Assembly: GCA_046094465.1 (NCBI GenBank)
Contig: JBJTHM010000004.1
Location: forward strand, 1 to 42,368
From: Rhodoluna sp.
GTDB taxonomy: Bacteria; Actinomycetota; Actinomycetes; Actinomycetales; Microbacteriaceae
DNA length: 42,368 nt
Reading direction: 5' to 3'
Below, in pieces: positions 30,241-39,107 of this stretch. The notes under the pieces were generated by a model that made no database searches, was not told the DNA's origin, and saw nothing but the letters and a program-made list of their open reading frames with translations. A program made the translations under genes and the position numbers. Within the stretch, counting starts at the first letter, position 1. Each line of letters starts with the position of its first letter.

Positions 30241-30270
30241 ATTCTGCCAGAAAACAAGCCGTTCAGGCAA
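30241..30270 (-). promoter_or_regulatory. rpsP operon promoter
   Basis: TTGCCT-N18-CAGAAT with extended TGn. Confidence 0.55.
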
Positions 30271-30273
30271 CTA

Positions 30274-31755
30274 TTACTTGATACCGAAGGCCGAGCCGGA
30301 ATCTTTCGGCCCCTCATCCAGACTGATGCCCTGAGCCTCGGCTGCACGCTTTGCAGGATTCCCTGATTTGGATCCCTTTTTCTTAGCTTTGTCTTTCTTG
30401 GCTGGACTAGGTCTATTCGGTAAGCCAACGGGCATCCCAGGAATTCCTGGGTTTCCACCCTTAGAAACGGTCTTCATCATTTTCGCCGCTTGCTCAAATC
30501 GGTTGACCAGAGCATTCACATCAGTGACCGTCATACCGGACCCCTTGGCAATACGCAGTCTTCTAGAACCATTTAGGATCTTCGGATTTCTTCGTTCGAC
30601 AGGGGTCATCGACAGAATGATTGCTTCAGTCCTAGTGATCTCGCTCTCATCGAACTGGTCGAGCTGGCTTTTTAGTTTTCCTGCCCCTGGCATCATGCCG
30701 AGCATGCTCTTTATCGAGCCCATCTTTTTGATCTGGTTCATCTGATCCAGGAAGTCTTCCAAGGTGAAGGTATCCTTGGCCATCTTTTCGGCTAGCTCAG
30801 CAGCCTGCTCCTGATCGAATGCCTGCTGGGATTTTTCTATCAGGGTGAGAATATCTCCCATGTCCAGAATTCGAGATGCCATTCGATCGGGATAGAAAGG
30901 CTCAAAGCTACCTAGGTCTTCACCAGTTGAAGCGAAGATGATGGGTTTACCAGTTACCTCGGCGACTGAAAGGGCTGCACCTCCTCGGGCATCACCATCT
31001 AGCTTGGTAAGCACGACGCCGGTAATTCCAACACCGTCTTCAAAGGCCTTGGCCACATTGACAGCATCTTGACCAATCATGGCATCCACCACGAAAAGAA
31101 TCTCATCGGGATCTGTGGCCTTGGCAATCGCTCTGGCCTGATCCATCATTTCCTGATCAACACCAGTTCGTCCAGCGGTGTCTATGATCACAACAGAGAA
31201 TTCTTTTCTACTGGCTTCCTTGATGGCATCTTTCGAAACCGCAACTGGATTGCCAACACCGTTACCGGGTTCTGGGGCAAAAACTGGTACCGCTACACGC
31301 TCACCAATTACCTGAAGTTGATTCACCGCATTAGGTCGCTGCAAATCACAGGCGACTAGTAACGGAGTCTCACCTTGGGATTTGAGCCACATGGCTAACT
31401 TTCCAGCCAAAGTGGTTTTACCAGAACCTTGCAAACCAGCCAGCATTATGACTGTCGGTGGTTTCTTAGCGAATTGTAGTTTCCGCTGTGCTCCACCCAA
31501 AATCTTGATTAGTTCATCTTGAACAATTTGAACAACCTGTTGTGCTGGGTTCAGCGCTTTCGAAACTTCATCACCGAGCGCCCGCTCTCGAACAGCTCCG
31601 ATAAAGTTTTTGACGACCTCGATGGCAACATCTGCTTCTAGAAGTGCTCGACGGATCTCTCGCAGAGTTGCATCGATGTCGCTAGCCGATAGCTTTCCCC
31701 TAGCCCGCAGGTTTCTAAAGGTATCCGCTAAGCGCTCAGAAAGATTACCAAACAA
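30274..31755 (-). CDS. ffh: Signal recognition particle protein
   Basis: GLQGSGKTT, DTAGR, TKLDGDARGG, Met-rich M domain with SRRLRIAKGSG. Confidence 0.98.
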   Translation of the reverse strand: MFGNLSERLADTFRNLRARGKLSASDIDATLREIRRALLEADVAIEVVKNFIGAVRERALGDEVSKALNPAQQVVQIVQDELIKILGGAQRKLQFAKKPPTVIMLAGLQGSGKTTLAGKLAMWLKSQGETPLLVACDLQRPNAVNQLQVIGERVAVPVFAPEPGNGVGNPVAVSKDAIKEASRKEFSVVIIDTAGRTGVDQEMMDQARAIAKATDPDEILFVVDAMIGQDAVNVAKAFEDGVGITGVVLTKLDGDARGGAALSVAEVTGKPIIFASTGEDLGSFEPFYPDRMASRILDMGDILTLIEKSQQAFDQEQAAELAEKMAKDTFTLEDFLDQMNQIKKMGSIKSMLGMMPGAGKLKSQLDQFDESEITRTEAIILSMTPVERRNPKILNGSRRLRIAKGSGMTVTDVNALVNRFEQAAKMMKTVSKGGNPGIPGMPVGLPNRPSPAKKDKAKKKGSKSGNPAKRAAEAQGISLDEGPKDSGSAFGIK

Positions 31756-32670
31756 CTAGTTTTGTCCTAACAGTCCATCAACAAAGTCTTTAGGTTCAAA
31801 GAAACCAAAATCATCAATTCCTTCACCCACCCCTACTAACTTAACTGGAATATCTAACTCACGCTGAATCATGTATACGATGCCACCCTTAGCGCTACCA
31901 TCCAGTTTGGTTAGCACTAGGCCGGTAACCTTGGCTACCTCAGTAAAGGCCTTGGCTTGGGCTAAAGCATTCTGCCCAGTGGTGGCATCAATAACCAGAA
32001 GCACCTCATCGAGAGTTAGCTGCTTTTCAACAATGCGCTTGATCTTGGCTAGCTCATCCATAAGGCCCTGTTTATTTTGTAATCGGCCAGCGGTATCAAT
32101 AATCACCACATCAGACTGGTTGGCAATAGCTGCCTCGACGCTCTTGAACGCAACCGACGCCGGGTCTGCCCCTGACTGGGCGGTAACTAGTTCCGCCCCT
32201 GCTCTTTTGGCCCAGGTAGCTAACTGCTCGACCGCGGCAGCACGAAATGTGTCGGCAGCTCCTAAGGTAACCTTGGCCCCAGATTTGTTCAGGTAGTTGG
32301 CCAATTTACCTATCGTGGTTGTTTTCCCTGCACCGTTTACGCCAACCACGAGGATTACCTTGGGATTAGCGCTCTCGGCAAGATTCAATTCACTATCTGA
32401 CCTCGATAGTCGCTCAATCAATAGCTCGCGCAGAATCTGCCTGAGTTCTGTTTCTGAAGTTACCGAGGCTCGCTTGGCACGGACTCTAAGTTCTGCCACT
32501 AGATCGCTTGCCGCAGCACCTCCAAAATCTGACTGAATCAGGACATCTTCCAGAGCTTCCAAATCTTCAAGATCGAATTTAACTCTGGAAAATATGGAAC
32601 GAATGGTTGAACCAAGGATTTTTTCGGGTACTGGTTTAGATTCGGTGGAATCTTTCTTACGCCAAAACAT
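31756..32670 (-). CDS. ftsY: SRP receptor FtsY (short, NG domain only)
   Basis: GVNGAGKTTT, DTFRAAA, DTAGRLQ, TKLDGSAKGG. Confidence 0.97.
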   Translation of the reverse strand: MFWRKKDSTESKPVPEKILGSTIRSIFSRVKFDLEDLEALEDVLIQSDFGGAAASDLVAELRVRAKRASVTSETELRQILRELLIERLSRSDSELNLAESANPKVILVVGVNGAGKTTTIGKLANYLNKSGAKVTLGAADTFRAAAVEQLATWAKRAGAELVTAQSGADPASVAFKSVEAAIANQSDVVIIDTAGRLQNKQGLMDELAKIKRIVEKQLTLDEVLLVIDATTGQNALAQAKAFTEVAKVTGLVLTKLDGSAKGGIVYMIQRELDIPVKLVGVGEGIDDFGFFEPKDFVDGLLGQN

Positions 32671-32676
32671 CTGGCA

Positions 32677-35600
32677 CTACTCAGACTCTTCGATGCGCTG
32701 TCCCACCACAGCACTCATACCCTCGCGCATTGAGACACCGTAGAGTGCATCAGCAATTTCCATAGTCCTCTTCTGGTGCGTGACAATCACCAACTGAGAA
32801 GAGTTTTTCAAATCTGTAAAGATGTTTAGTAGTCGACCTAGGTTGGCATCATCCAATGAGGCTTCAACCTCGTCCAACACGTAAAAGGGCGAGGGGCGAG
32901 CTTTGAATATTGCAAAGAGAAGAGCCAGCGCTGCCAAAGATCTCTCACCACCGGATAAAAGTGAGAGGCGTTCGATACGTTTGCCAACCGGCTTCACGTT
33001 AACTTCGATACCTGTGGTTAGCAAATTGTCGTGGTCAGTCAGATAAATCGATCCGGTACCACCCGGGAAAAGAACCGGGAAGACCTGCTCAAAAGCTTTC
33101 TTGGTGTCATTGAAAGCTTCTTCGAATATGGTTTGCATCTTCTCATCAAGTTCCTTGATGATTTGAATCAGATCGGTTCTAGTCTTGGTTAGATCCGCCA
33201 ACTGTTCAGTCAAATACTTGTGGCGCTGCTCCAAAGCGGCAAATTCCTCTAGAGCAAGCGGGTTGACTTTACCCAATCGATCCAAAAGTCGCTCCGCTTC
33301 GTGCAATCTCTTCTGCTGCTCTTGGCGGTTAAAGATCTTCGGAGCCTCAGGATTATCTGGGTCCGGTATCAACTGATCAGGGCCATACTCACTAACCAGA
33401 GCGTGCTGATCGAGGCTCAATTCATCGCTGGCCTTAGCCACCAGATTGGCAAGGTTCAATCTCTTCTCGTGGTTAGCCATTTCCAAATCATGAACTGTCT
33501 GAGTCAGTTGCGACTGACGGTTAATCAAGGTAGCCGTTTCACCGCGGAGTCTTACCAATTCTTCATTTTGGTTGCGACGCTTACTCTCCAAATCGTGCAG
33601 GGCAAGCTTGGCCTGGTTCGCCGATTCGGTGATGCTAGCGATGATAGTTGGCAAAACTCCTATTACATTCTTTGCAGGTCTGAGCTGTTCTTTTCTGGAC
33701 TCGGCTCGAAGCTTTGCCTGCTCGATGGCATCCAAAGCATCATTGATTTGTGCACGCAGCGAATTAGCTCGCTCCGCTTCAACTCTCAGTCTTTCCTGTG
33801 CCGCACCTAATTCAACTCTGACATCAAGTTCTTTAGCTCTTGCCTGATCCACTTTCTGAACTAATTCATCACGGTCGCCAAGAGCTAACGTGGGGCGCTC
33901 AGTCAAACCGAATTGTTCAAATTTTCGCTGTGCTTCGGCAACAGTTTCAGCAGCCTGACTGATAACTTCTTTAGTCCCTTGAGCCACTCCAACCAAACGG
34001 TTCTTTTCTGCTTCTAGTGCTTCGACCTGAACTCTTAGCCGACCAAGCTTTTCCGCATTCGCAGCTCGCTCACCATCATGGCGCTTTAGTTCCGCAAGAG
34101 CTCGAGCGGTTTTTTCTTCGGCAGCAATCTTGGCTTGTCGTTTTAGAGCCGATTCAGCCTTGAGCGTCTCAATCTGTCCGTTAACCTCAACAAGTTTTGC
34201 TTCGGCGGCATCGCGCTCGGCAACAAGTTCGACCTTCGATCTTTCCTGACCGGAGCCTCCCCTGATCACAGATTCGGTTATCACATCACCTGCTTTGGTG
34301 ATGACGGTTAGATCTCCAGAAACCTTTTGGCTCTCATAAAGTTTCTTGGCTGACTGGATATCCTCAACGATGACGATATTGGCTAAGGTCAAAAGAATTC
34401 CGTTAGGTGCGCTCACCACATCAACCGCGTTGACTGAACCGCTTAGGTTGGGCAGGTTAGCGGGTTTGATTGTGTTGTCGATATCTGCAATAACCAACTC
34501 AACTCTTCCAGAGTTAGTTTCCTTGAGGTGATCGATTGCACCGAGTGCTTCATCACGGGTATCAGCAATCAGCGCATCAGCGAGCGTGCCAAGCGCTGCG
34601 GCGATTGCCTGCTCGTAACCAGGCTCAATAGTTATGTGGTTGGCTAGTAATCCTCTGATGCCTCTTAGGCCAGCTCGAGATAACTCAGATGCACCGTCTT
34701 TTTGCTCTAAAACGCTGCTAAGCGCATTTCGCTTTGCAGTTAATGCCTCGCGCTCACGCTCAGCAGCGTGGGTCTTGTCTCTTAGGGCTTCGATTTCCTG
34801 AGTTAGGGAAGAAACCTCCCTGGTGGCTAATTCATAGTTCGCTTCGTAAGTGTTATCGCTTGGCTGAGTCAGGTTGAGTTGATCTTCAAGGGTTTTGAAT
34901 GAACTCAGCGCTTCCCTGTATCTTCCATCACTATCGGTGATGGCTTGCTCTTGCCTAGTTAGTTCTTCACGCAGGGAGTTGTAACGGGTTTGGGCCAGAC
35001 CTATGGCACCGTTTAATTCAGCTGCCTTATTGTCATAATCAGAAATCTCTTTAGATTTCTGCTGAACCAAAAGATCAAATCCATCCAGTACTGCTCTTGC
35101 TTCATCACGAGCCTCTTCAGCCTGACGCAAGAGTTCTTTTAAGTTTTCAACCGCACCGGTTAGTTCAATGACACTTTCCTCGGCCTTGAGCGCTTCTGCC
35201 TCGATGGCCTGAGGATCAACCAGCGCCTTATTTGACCGATCCTGTTCCTCCAAGAGAGCAACTCGCTGCTGAGCGATAGTTAGCATGGAGCGGAACTTCT
35301 CGGTAATCGAGTCAAAAGCAAAAGCCAAACTTCTTGCTGTTTCGACCTCGGAAGACATTTGCAGCGCTTCTAACTCAGTTAGTCGAGCTGTGTTCTCATC
35401 CAGCTGCTGTTGCAGAATGTTTCTCTCTGCCTTACGGTCGGATTCAGATTGCGATGTCTCATCCAGTTGGTTTAGTAGATCAACCACATCAGCTGCCAAG
35501 AGTCTTGCTCTTGAATCTCTAACCACACTGGCAATGCCCTGCGCCTGCCTTGCAGTTTCAGCCTGTTGTCCAAGTGGACGGAGTTGTCTTTTAACTTCAC

Positions 35601-36186
35601 CGGCAAGATCATTAAGTCTTGTCAGATTGGCCTTCATGGCTTCAAGCTTGCGCTCGGTTTTTTCTTTACGCCTTCTGTGCTTGAGAATTCCGGCAGCTTC
35701 TTCGATATATCCGCGACGCTCTTCAGGGGTAGCTTTTAGGATTCCATCGAGCATTCCTTGCCCGACGATTACGTGCATCTCTCGACCTAAACCAGTGTCT
35801 GATAGCAGTTCCTGAACATCAAGTAGTCGACAGGGTTCACCGTTGATGGCGTATTCAGATCCACCATTTCTAAACAGCGTTCTGGAGATTGTCACCTCAG
35901 AGTATTCAATTGGCAGCACACCGTCTGAGTTATCTATAGTCAGCGCTACCTCGGCTCGACCAAGGGGGCCCTTTGTTGCAGTTCCGGCAAAGATGACATC
36001 TTCCATCTTTCCGCCACGAAGAGTCTTTGGACCCTGCTCACCCATCACCCAGGCCAGTGCATCAACCACGTTTGACTTACCAGAACCGTTTGGGCCGACC
36101 ACACAGGTAACGCCTTTTTCAAGGACAAAAGTCGTAGGGTTGGCGAACGACTTAAAGCCCTTGAGGGTCAGGCTTTTTAGATGCAA
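32677..36186 (-). CDS. smc: Chromosome segregation protein SMC
   Basis: GFKSFA, Walker A GPNGSGKSN, coiled coil-hinge-coiled coil, LSGGE, Walker B LDEVE. Confidence 0.98.
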   Translation of the reverse strand: MHLKSLTLKGFKSFANPTTFVLEKGVTCVVGPNGSGKSNVVDALAWVMGEQGPKTLRGGKMEDVIFAGTATKGPLGRAEVALTIDNSDGVLPIEYSEVTISRTLFRNGGSEYAINGEPCRLLDVQELLSDTGLGREMHVIVGQGMLDGILKATPEERRGYIEEAAGILKHRRRKEKTERKLEAMKANLTRLNDLAGEVKRQLRPLGQQAETARQAQGIASVVRDSRARLLAADVVDLLNQLDETSQSESDRKAERNILQQQLDENTARLTELEALQMSSEVETARSLAFAFDSITEKFRSMLTIAQQRVALLEEQDRSNKALVDPQAIEAEALKAEESVIELTGAVENLKELLRQAEEARDEARAVLDGFDLLVQQKSKEISDYDNKAAELNGAIGLAQTRYNSLREELTRQEQAITDSDGRYREALSSFKTLEDQLNLTQPSDNTYEANYELATREVSSLTQEIEALRDKTHAAEREREALTAKRNALSSVLEQKDGASELSRAGLRGIRGLLANHITIEPGYEQAIAAALGTLADALIADTRDEALGAIDHLKETNSGRVELVIADIDNTIKPANLPNLSGSVNAVDVVSAPNGILLTLANIVIVEDIQSAKKLYESQKVSGDLTVITKAGDVITESVIRGGSGQERSKVELVAERDAAEAKLVEVNGQIETLKAESALKRQAKIAAEEKTARALAELKRHDGERAANAEKLGRLRVQVEALEAEKNRLVGVAQGTKEVISQAAETVAEAQRKFEQFGLTERPTLALGDRDELVQKVDQARAKELDVRVELGAAQERLRVEAERANSLRAQINDALDAIEQAKLRAESRKEQLRPAKNVIGVLPTIIASITESANQAKLALHDLESKRRNQNEELVRLRGETATLINRQSQLTQTVHDLEMANHEKRLNLANLVAKASDELSLDQHALVSEYGPDQLIPDPDNPEAPKIFNRQEQQKRLHEAERLLDRLGKVNPLALEEFAALEQRHKYLTEQLADLTKTRTDLIQIIKELDEKMQTIFEEAFNDTKKAFEQVFPVLFPGGTGSIYLTDHDNLLTTGIEVNVKPVGKRIERLSLLSGGERSLAALALLFAIFKARPSPFYVLDEVEASLDDANLGRLLNIFTDLKNSSQLVIVTHQKRTMEIADALYGVSMREGMSAVVGQRIEESE

Positions 36187-36274
36187 AGTAGTTCGCTTTC
36201 TCGCAAAAAATTGTTTGGTTGCTCTATAAAAATTACCTTATAAAGAGACTCTGGCTGACCAGTTAGGCGGGTGT

Positions 36275-37210
36275 TTAGAGTCTTTGACCACGCAGTTTTT
36301 GGCAGTTTGGGCAGTAATGCGAGCCTCGGTTCATCCAATTATCCCGTCGAATCGGTCGCTGGCAACGAGAGCAGGGTAGGCCTGTTTGGCCGTAGGCATT
36401 GAGGTTGATACTGAAAAAGCCTGATTCTCCGTTCACATTCTTATATTGCTCATCAAAGCTGGTGCCACCCTGGCTTACGGCACTGGCTAAGACATCGGTA
36501 ACCTCCGCCAAAAGCAGTCTGGCCTTAGGCCCAGAAATAGTTGAGGCTAACTGGTCATAGTGGATTTTGGCGCGCCATAGCGACTCATCGGCGTAGATAT
36601 TGCCGATGCCGCTGATTACTTGCTGGTCCAAAAGCACACGCTTGATTCCAGAGCGTTTTTGCTTGAATCTGGCAAGCACCAGCTCAGGGTCAAAAGCCTT
36701 ATCCAGCGGGTCGCGAGCAATGTGTCTGGCTTGACTGGGAATCAAATTCACCCAAGGCCGATCTTCCTCTGTTCCGTAGAAGCCACCGGATTTTTCATCC
36801 TCAGTTGGTTCCATCACATCAATAGCCAGCGAACCAAAAATGCGCTGATCAACAAAGCGAACCTCAAGTTTTTGCCGGTCGCTGCCTTTTAGTCTGATGG
36901 TGATCCTGTTAAGCGCATCCGCTTCAAAACCTGGTGTTCTAACAAGTATCTGACCGCTCATTCCTAAATGGCCCATCAGAGCCAGTTGCGGTTCGTTGCG
37001 CTTCACGCTCAATGGAAGCCATAAGAATTTTCCTCGGCGAACCGCCCCTTCGATTATTCGCCCAGTTAGAGTCTCAATGAAATCCCGGCTACCTGCAACA
37101 TGTCTTTTCAAACTCCTGGCATCATGAACCTCAACTGAGCTGACCTTTGCCCCGATGATGGTTTCTTGCAGACCAAGTCGAACGGTCTCAACTTCTGGTA
37201 ATTCTGGCAT
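36275..37210 (-). CDS. mutM: Formamidopyrimidine-DNA glycosylase
   Basis: MPELPEVE, RRGKFL, HLGMSG, GIGNIYADESL, C4 Zn finger. Confidence 0.97.
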   Translation of the reverse strand: MPELPEVETVRLGLQETIIGAKVSSVEVHDARSLKRHVAGSRDFIETLTGRIIEGAVRRGKFLWLPLSVKRNEPQLALMGHLGMSGQILVRTPGFEADALNRITIRLKGSDRQKLEVRFVDQRIFGSLAIDVMEPTEDEKSGGFYGTEEDRPWVNLIPSQARHIARDPLDKAFDPELVLARFKQKRSGIKRVLLDQQVISGIGNIYADESLWRAKIHYDQLASTISGPKARLLLAEVTDVLASAVSQGGTSFDEQYKNVNGESGFFSINLNAYGQTGLPCSRCQRPIRRDNWMNRGSHYCPNCQKLRGQRL

Positions 37211-37212
37211 AA

Positions 37213-37887
37213 CTAGGACCGAAGTTGGCTAAGAGCGGCACTGGCTGCCATCGCCTCAGCAGATTTTCTTGATTTACCTTGACCAGAAGAAATCTCTTTA
37301 CCCGAAATAAGCACCTTGGCAAAGAAAATTCGATCATGATCTGGACCTGTAAAACTGACTTCAAATTCTGGCTCGCCTAGCCCAAGTTTCTTGGCTAGTT
37401 CGAAAAGCACAGTTCGGGGCTCACTGGTTTCTAAAAGAAGCTCTCGATCATCAACCAGAGGCAAAACATGCTTGGCAATTATGATCCTAGCGTTTTCGAT
37501 TCCACCGGATAGAAACGCAGCACCGATTACTGCCTCAAGCGCGTCGGCGAGAATATTTGGCTTGGCAGACCCACCACTGGATAATTCACCCTTACCCAAT
37601 CTCAGGAATTCACCGAGACCGATTTGCTCAGCGGCCAGAGAAAGAGTTTTAGCTGAAACGGTTGAGTTTCGAAGCCTAGAAAGTTCACCTTCATCCAAGT
37701 TTGGGTTAGCTCTAAAAAGAAAGTCGGTAACTAAAAAACCCAACACCGAATCACCGAGAAATTCGAGGCGTTCGTTGTCGGGTGTTTTGCCGTTTTCATA
37801 TGAAAACGAGGTGTGAGTTAGAGCAGTTTCCAGAAGTTCATGGTCAATGCTTACGCCTAGCCTTTGGATAAGCGTGGCGTAACTCAA
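37213..37887 (-). CDS. rnc: Ribonuclease III
   Basis: NERLEFLGDSVL, ADALEA, dsRBD GPDH...F. Confidence 0.97.
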   Translation of the reverse strand: MSYATLIQRLGVSIDHELLETALTHTSFSYENGKTPDNERLEFLGDSVLGFLVTDFLFRANPNLDEGELSRLRNSTVSAKTLSLAAEQIGLGEFLRLGKGELSSGGSAKPNILADALEAVIGAAFLSGGIENARIIIAKHVLPLVDDRELLLETSEPRTVLFELAKKLGLGEPEFEVSFTGPDHDRIFFAKVLISGKEISSGQGKSRKSAEAMAASAALSQLRS

Positions 37888-37902
37888 AATCTTGGCCTAG
37901 AT

Positions 37903-38106
37903 TTAGGCGTCAGCTACCTTGCGGCCCTTGTACTCGTAGAACTGAACGTCTCCGTTCGAGTCTTCTACTGCACGAGCGCGGTGCGGCAAGCTGTATACGG
38001 TCTTACCGTTGATAACGGTCTTTACCAGCTGGGTGTTGTTAGCTACCCAAGCCGAACGACGGTGACGGGTGTTCGATCTAGACATACGTCTTTTAGGAAC
38101 TGGCAT
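37903..38106 (-). CDS. rpmF: 50S ribosomal protein L32 (Cys-free form)
   Basis: VPKRRMSRSNTRHRRS.W, LPHRA, YKGR; lies between yceD and rnc. Confidence 0.95.
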   Translation of the reverse strand: MPVPKRRMSRSNTRHRRSAWVANNTQLVKTVINGKTVYSLPHRARAVEDSNGDVQFYEYKGRKVADA

Positions 38107-38618
38107 CAGTCTTCACTCTCTTTCGCAAACTTTTCTAGCTCACTCCACCTTGAATCAATCTTGGCGGCATGGGCATGATCTGGATTTTCATTAATCTTCA
38201 AACCACATTCCGGGCACAGACCAAGACAGTCTTTGCTGCAGATTGGGGTAAACGGAAGATTTAGAACAACCGAATCAACGATGACCTGTTCTAAGTCGAT
38301 TTGCTCGTCTTTGACAATCAAGTCATCTTCTACCTGTAAAGAATAGGCGAAAAGCTCCTGAATATCTACCTCTATGCCTATCTGCAAGGCATCCAGACAC
38401 CTAGCGCAGTCAGCCTGAGCCTTGGTTCTGAGTGTTCCAGACACATAAATGCCCTCGTGCACGCTTTCTAGCCTCAGCGACAGATTTACTGAGCCACCTT
38501 TGGGAACCTTGGCTAAACCTGCCCCCAAATCAGCATCAAGAACTATATCGGTCTCAATTTCACGCATCGTTCCGGATCGATGCATCAGGTCATGGACTGG
38601 AATCAAAAACCTGCTCAT
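38106..38618 (-). CDS. YceD/DUF177 family protein
   Basis: LESVHEGI, CARCL, C..DC.GLCPECG, D.RW..L. Confidence 0.93.
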   Translation of the reverse strand: MSRFLIPVHDLMHRSGTMREIETDIVLDADLGAGLAKVPKGGSVNLSLRLESVHEGIYVSGTLRTKAQADCARCLDALQIGIEVDIQELFAYSLQVEDDLIVKDEQIDLEQVIVDSVVLNLPFTPICSKDCLGLCPECGLKINENPDHAHAAKIDSRWSELEKFAKESED

Positions 38619-39089
38619 TTAGCCACGCAACCTCTTGGCCACGGGCTCTGGCACATACTTCGATATGTCTCCCCCGAGATCGCTAACTTGCTTTACCAAA
38701 GAAGATGAAACAAAACCATGCACCGGATCGGCTGGAATGAAGACCGTCTCAATTCCGCTCAAATCCCTGTTTACCTGAGCCATTGGCAGTTCATAATCTA
38801 AATCAACATTTGTGCGGATGCCTTTGACCAAGGCATTAGCGTTTACTGTCTTGCAGTAATCAACCAGAAGGCCGGTGTCAAAAGAGTTCACCACAAAATT
38901 GCCTTTTTGGTTATTAAGGATTTCGCTGATCATCTCCACTCGTTGACTTGCGGAAAATCTTGGCTTTTTGGTTGGGTTGTGAACAACTACTACGTGAACT
39001 GTTTCAAACATCTTGGCAGCTCGGATAGCGATATCGAGATGCCCGAAAGTAAAGGGGTCAAAAGAACCTGGATAAACGGCGATGGCCAT
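38619..39089 (-). CDS. coaD: Pantetheine-phosphate adenylyltransferase
   Basis: YPGSFDPFTFGHLDI, VKGIR, VSSSLVK. Confidence 0.97.
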   Translation of the reverse strand: MAIAVYPGSFDPFTFGHLDIAIRAAKMFETVHVVVVHNPTKKPRFSASQRVEMISEILNNQKGNFVVNSFDTGLLVDYCKTVNANALVKGIRTNVDLDYELPMAQVNRDLSGIETVFIPADPVHGFVSSSLVKQVSDLGGDISKYVPEPVAKRLRG

Positions 39090-39107
39090 ACCTATAAGGT
39101 TAGCCGA

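Noticed and set aside
36212-36247. AT-rich imperfect inverted repeat upstream of smc as a dif site or operator
   Set aside because: Does not match the dif layout I know, and symmetry is weak; more likely just promoter sequence.
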